From the NCBI GenBank assembly GCA_030141605.1, contig JAQGDQ010000533.1, positions 62,001 through 126,000 on the forward strand: 64,000 nt of DNA, given 5' to 3'. Below the pieces are notes generated by a model. The model was not told the DNA's origin, searched no databases, and saw only the letters and a list, made by a program, of their open reading frames with translations. Positions 60,852 through 64,000 of this stretch are shown here, one piece after another. The position numbers and the translations under genes were made by a program. Each line of letters begins with the position of its first letter. Within the stretch, counting starts at the first letter, position 1. The stretch is from Tubiluchus corallicola. Lineage: Eukaryota > Animalia > Priapulida.

Positions 60852-61810
60852 GCATCATGGATTGAACGATCTAAGAAAACTTTCTAAGCCAAGAAGAGAA
60901 ATTCTGTTTGCAAATCATTTGCAAGGAAATTTAGTGCATTTCACGTATCCAAACACTCACAGTTTTTAAAGCAGAAGATGACGCTAATCATATAGTAACC
61001 AAAAAGTTTTTGAGTAGTGGTCTAAGACACTGGCGCTAGAGATTGCTTAGTTGGCCCTCTAAATAACTTATGGCTTTTTATATACTTGCTCGTCCGCCTG
61101 CAAGTTGAACCGCTGTCAACCCACAAGAGTTTTGACAGCTCTATTAAACCAGCAAATCTTCGTAGGAGGCGATTTGTCCTGGTGTGAATTTTAGTGACTA
61201 ATAATACTAATCTCATTAAAACGCACCAATAACCGCCAAAAAATAATATTAACAGAATTCACTAATAGGATTATACTGACGTCTAATCGTTTATTATTAT
61301 AATTCGTAGGCTATAGATGGCAGCACTTGAATTTTAAGCACTTTCCAGCCGTAGGTTAGTAAAAAACGTAGCATGGCCTGTAAGTAAGAGGAAAGGAAAA
61401 TTATAACCTTGAACTGCTCTAACATACGTGCCACTGACGCTGCCTGCCCGCCTTTCTCTCTTAATTACAACACGTTTGACAATGCAATTGGCTTCATTGA
61501 ATTTCTACCTCACAAATTGCGAGAAATTGTCCAGACCCACGCGTGAATGAAGCTGTAAAAGTTAAACTAAATTTGTCTTTATTGAAAAGAGAGCGTGTGC
61601 TAAGCGTCACGACACCATCGTGACAGGAATGATGACGTAACGACTGGCTTTGAGTTTATCGACCTGAAATGGAGCTTAATGTCTAGCGGGGTTGTTACAG
61701 CGGGAAGAATGTTGATATTATTCGGGATGCCTTATAAATTGCATGAAGTTATGATGTTTTACTATGTATGCGTTACTGTCATTAGCTAATATGCGTGCGT
61801 TTAGGCAGGC

Positions 61811-62370
61811 GGAGCGAGAGGAACAAAATAAGAGAGAGAGGAGTGAGAGAGATAGGAAGAAAGAATGTCTGTGTGAGAGAGAGAGGGGGGAAGAGTGAGA
61901 GAGATAGGAAGAAAGAGTGAGAGAGAGAGAGAAAAAAGCGAGGGGAAGGACGGAAGCGGATGAGAGAGAGGAGAGAGAAAGGGAAAGAAAAGAAAGTGGG
62001 AGATAAAGGAGAAAGAAAAGATAAAAAAGAAACAGAGAATGATAGAGAACAATGAGGAGAAAACAGGAAGAAAGGGAGGGAGCGGAGAGAAAAGAAAGAG
62101 GGAGAAAAGGAGAAAAAAAGAGAGGAGAAAAAAGAGACAAAAATGAGAGAGAAAAGTGGAGAGGAAACGGAGACAGAGAGGAGAAGGAGGGAGAGAGAAA
62201 GAGAGAGAGATAGAAAGAGAGAGAGAGGGGGAGGGAGGGAGAGAGAGAGAGAGAGTGAGCGAGAGGGAGAGCAAGAAGGAAAGTACACGAAAACAAGAAA
62301 CAGACATGGCAAGGCAAAAAAGGTGAAAGAAGGAGAAGATGGTGAACAACAAAAGAAACTGAAAGAGAAA
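61811..62370. repeat. Polypurine (GA-rich) low-complexity tract
   Basis: About 550 bp almost entirely A/G on the plus strand. Confidence 0.93.
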
Positions 62371-62677
62371 ATCTATTTCAATGCTCTAAAGATCAATTTG
62401 TCAAGCAAGTGAAAGTAGATTAACCCACAGGCACGATTATCTAGACCACCTAACAACTTAAATCACTTTCAGTCAGAACACCTGATCTCCTCGATAAATT
62501 TTCACGCAAGACACCTGTAATTAGCTTAACTTGCAGGTAAATTCGCCACCCGTGTAAAGTAATCAGCACGTTGTGCTGCGGAACAGGTCCGCTAACAAGG
62601 CAAGATGGTAGTTATTACATGTCTAATAAACGCTTACAATCAGACTATTGAAGACTCACAAATGCACGAATGTAAGC

Positions 62678-63340
62678 TTAAAGGACATGAAAAGGGGTAC
62701 CTCAAGTAGCTTTCAGTAAAATCGCCTTAAAAAATTATATTACTTTATAGCAATTTTATGCATATATCGTACTCGCGTTGAAAGGAATTTTCATTTGTTT
62801 TCATTATAAATCTCTCGCAATGCTGTTCCGACCACGCCATTGCAATGACGTCATACATGCACAACGTAAATCAAGGGAAGAAAAGGCAATGTTAAATTTG
62901 TCCCAAAAAACTTTCCATGCAAATCTATATTACTTAGCATTTCGTTTGCCTGCTGGAAAGACTTATGTAACTAGAAATAATAATTTAAAATGTTCGTGCC
63001 AGTTGATAAAATGTTGCTGACTCACCCTCCAGGGTGCACCTCTCTCTAACTTATTTTTAATCTTATTGACAAGATACAGTAATTTAAAATTCTTAGTTAG
63101 TGACGTGTGTACTATGAATGCTCTGATTATTTTTTCAAACTTCACGCAATGACATCTAAACTTGTTTTAAACGACCTAGCATTAAAATGGCTGCGCCTAA
63201 CTGTCATAGCGCGAGTTTAAATTTACATGTTTTATACAACGTTACTGCTAACGCAAGTCCTGTTTGCACGTAATTGATATAAAACGGTATAAAATTTCAA
63301 GACAATTTTTTTCAACTTCATTTGTTTTCTTGTCTTTCAA
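62678..63340 (+). mobile_element. MITE family A, full copy
   Basis: TTAA|AGGACATGAAAAGGGGTACCTCAAGTAG ... TTTTCTTGTCTTTCAA; collinear with 2806-3499. Confidence 0.87.
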
Positions 63341-64000
63341 AGAAGAAAAAGAAATGCGACTAGATTAAGGCACTGAAATCAATATTTGCATTTTTAAATT
63401 ACGTTAATTGAAAGTCGACATTTGCAATTTTTAAATCACATTAATCAAAAACAATGCAGCCTACGAGGTCTGTGGATCAACTCAAAACTGGAAATGCCAG
63501 CATACGGCTTTACAACCACCATAATAAGTAATTTCGATCAGAAGAATTCTGTCTACAACAAAGCTCCTTCCACAAATATCACGATCTGACCGAAGTGATC
63601 TTTCACTAATCCACAACTAAAAACTGAAGCTCCTAAGTTTGTGTAATTCTACGTTCTCTCTTCAATGGTATTATATAACATTGAATTAAAAGATCGTCAC
63701 TTGAAGACGAATTGGCGTGGCCAGCCAAAAAAGGCTGTGATTATCTGCCAAATTGATACGATCTTTTTAAGTAGCAGTCGACTTGCAAATCTTAACACTA
63801 ATTAAAGGAAAAAACAACTGAGTATGTTGGGTTTATTTTGCTGTTATGACTTAAGCTTAGAAAAATCTAAAAAAGAAATTTGCGTAAAACTGCCCACAAA
63901 GTTAATTTATGCTAAACAGAAATTTTCTTGTGGAGTGGTAGCCGCCATTCACTTGAAAATTAAGACGTAACTGGTGGACCTCGTGAATTTTTGTGAGCCT

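Noticed and set aside
61718-62412. Several 90-200 aa ORFs
   Set aside because: The polypurine tract lacks stop codons by composition.

Overview
AT-rich, intron-containing invertebrate (metazoan) genomic DNA; nothing indicates a prokaryote, and the taxon cannot be fixed from the sequence. I built six protein-coding gene models by hand from splice sites and frame continuity. (1) A 7-exon type I membrane protein with signal peptide, one CUB domain and one TM helix (minus, 2527-12186). (2) A 113-aa single-pass membrane microprotein (minus, 12374-13381), missed by the ORF track, whose stop lies only 187 bp upstream of gene 1. (3) An intronless class A GPCR with olfactory-receptor-like motifs (minus, 18194-19135). 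(4) A complete 14-exon RNF10 (plus, 23375-39293) with a GC-AG intron and a short uORF plus an overlapping uORF in its leader. (5) A secreted 183-aa Gly/Ser/Tyr/Lys-rich low-complexity protein with a TATA promoter (minus, 43018-44732). (6) The last three exons of a RERG/RASL11/RASL12-family small GTPase (minus, 47874-54639). The rest is repeat-rich: three families of TTAA-flanked Kolobok/T2-like MITEs (some nested or chimeric), tRNA-derived Meta-like SINEs, two fold-back Penelope-like remnants with hammerhead-like cores, a 370-bp palindrome, a probable solo LTR, a probable Helitron carrying a 60-bp array, a 46-bp satellite of about 49 copies and many microsatellites. The best leads for undescribed biology are the tightly linked microprotein + CUB receptor pair, the RNF10 uORF leader and the secreted G/S/Y/K protein. 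No database search or computation was run; family calls rest on motif recognition.
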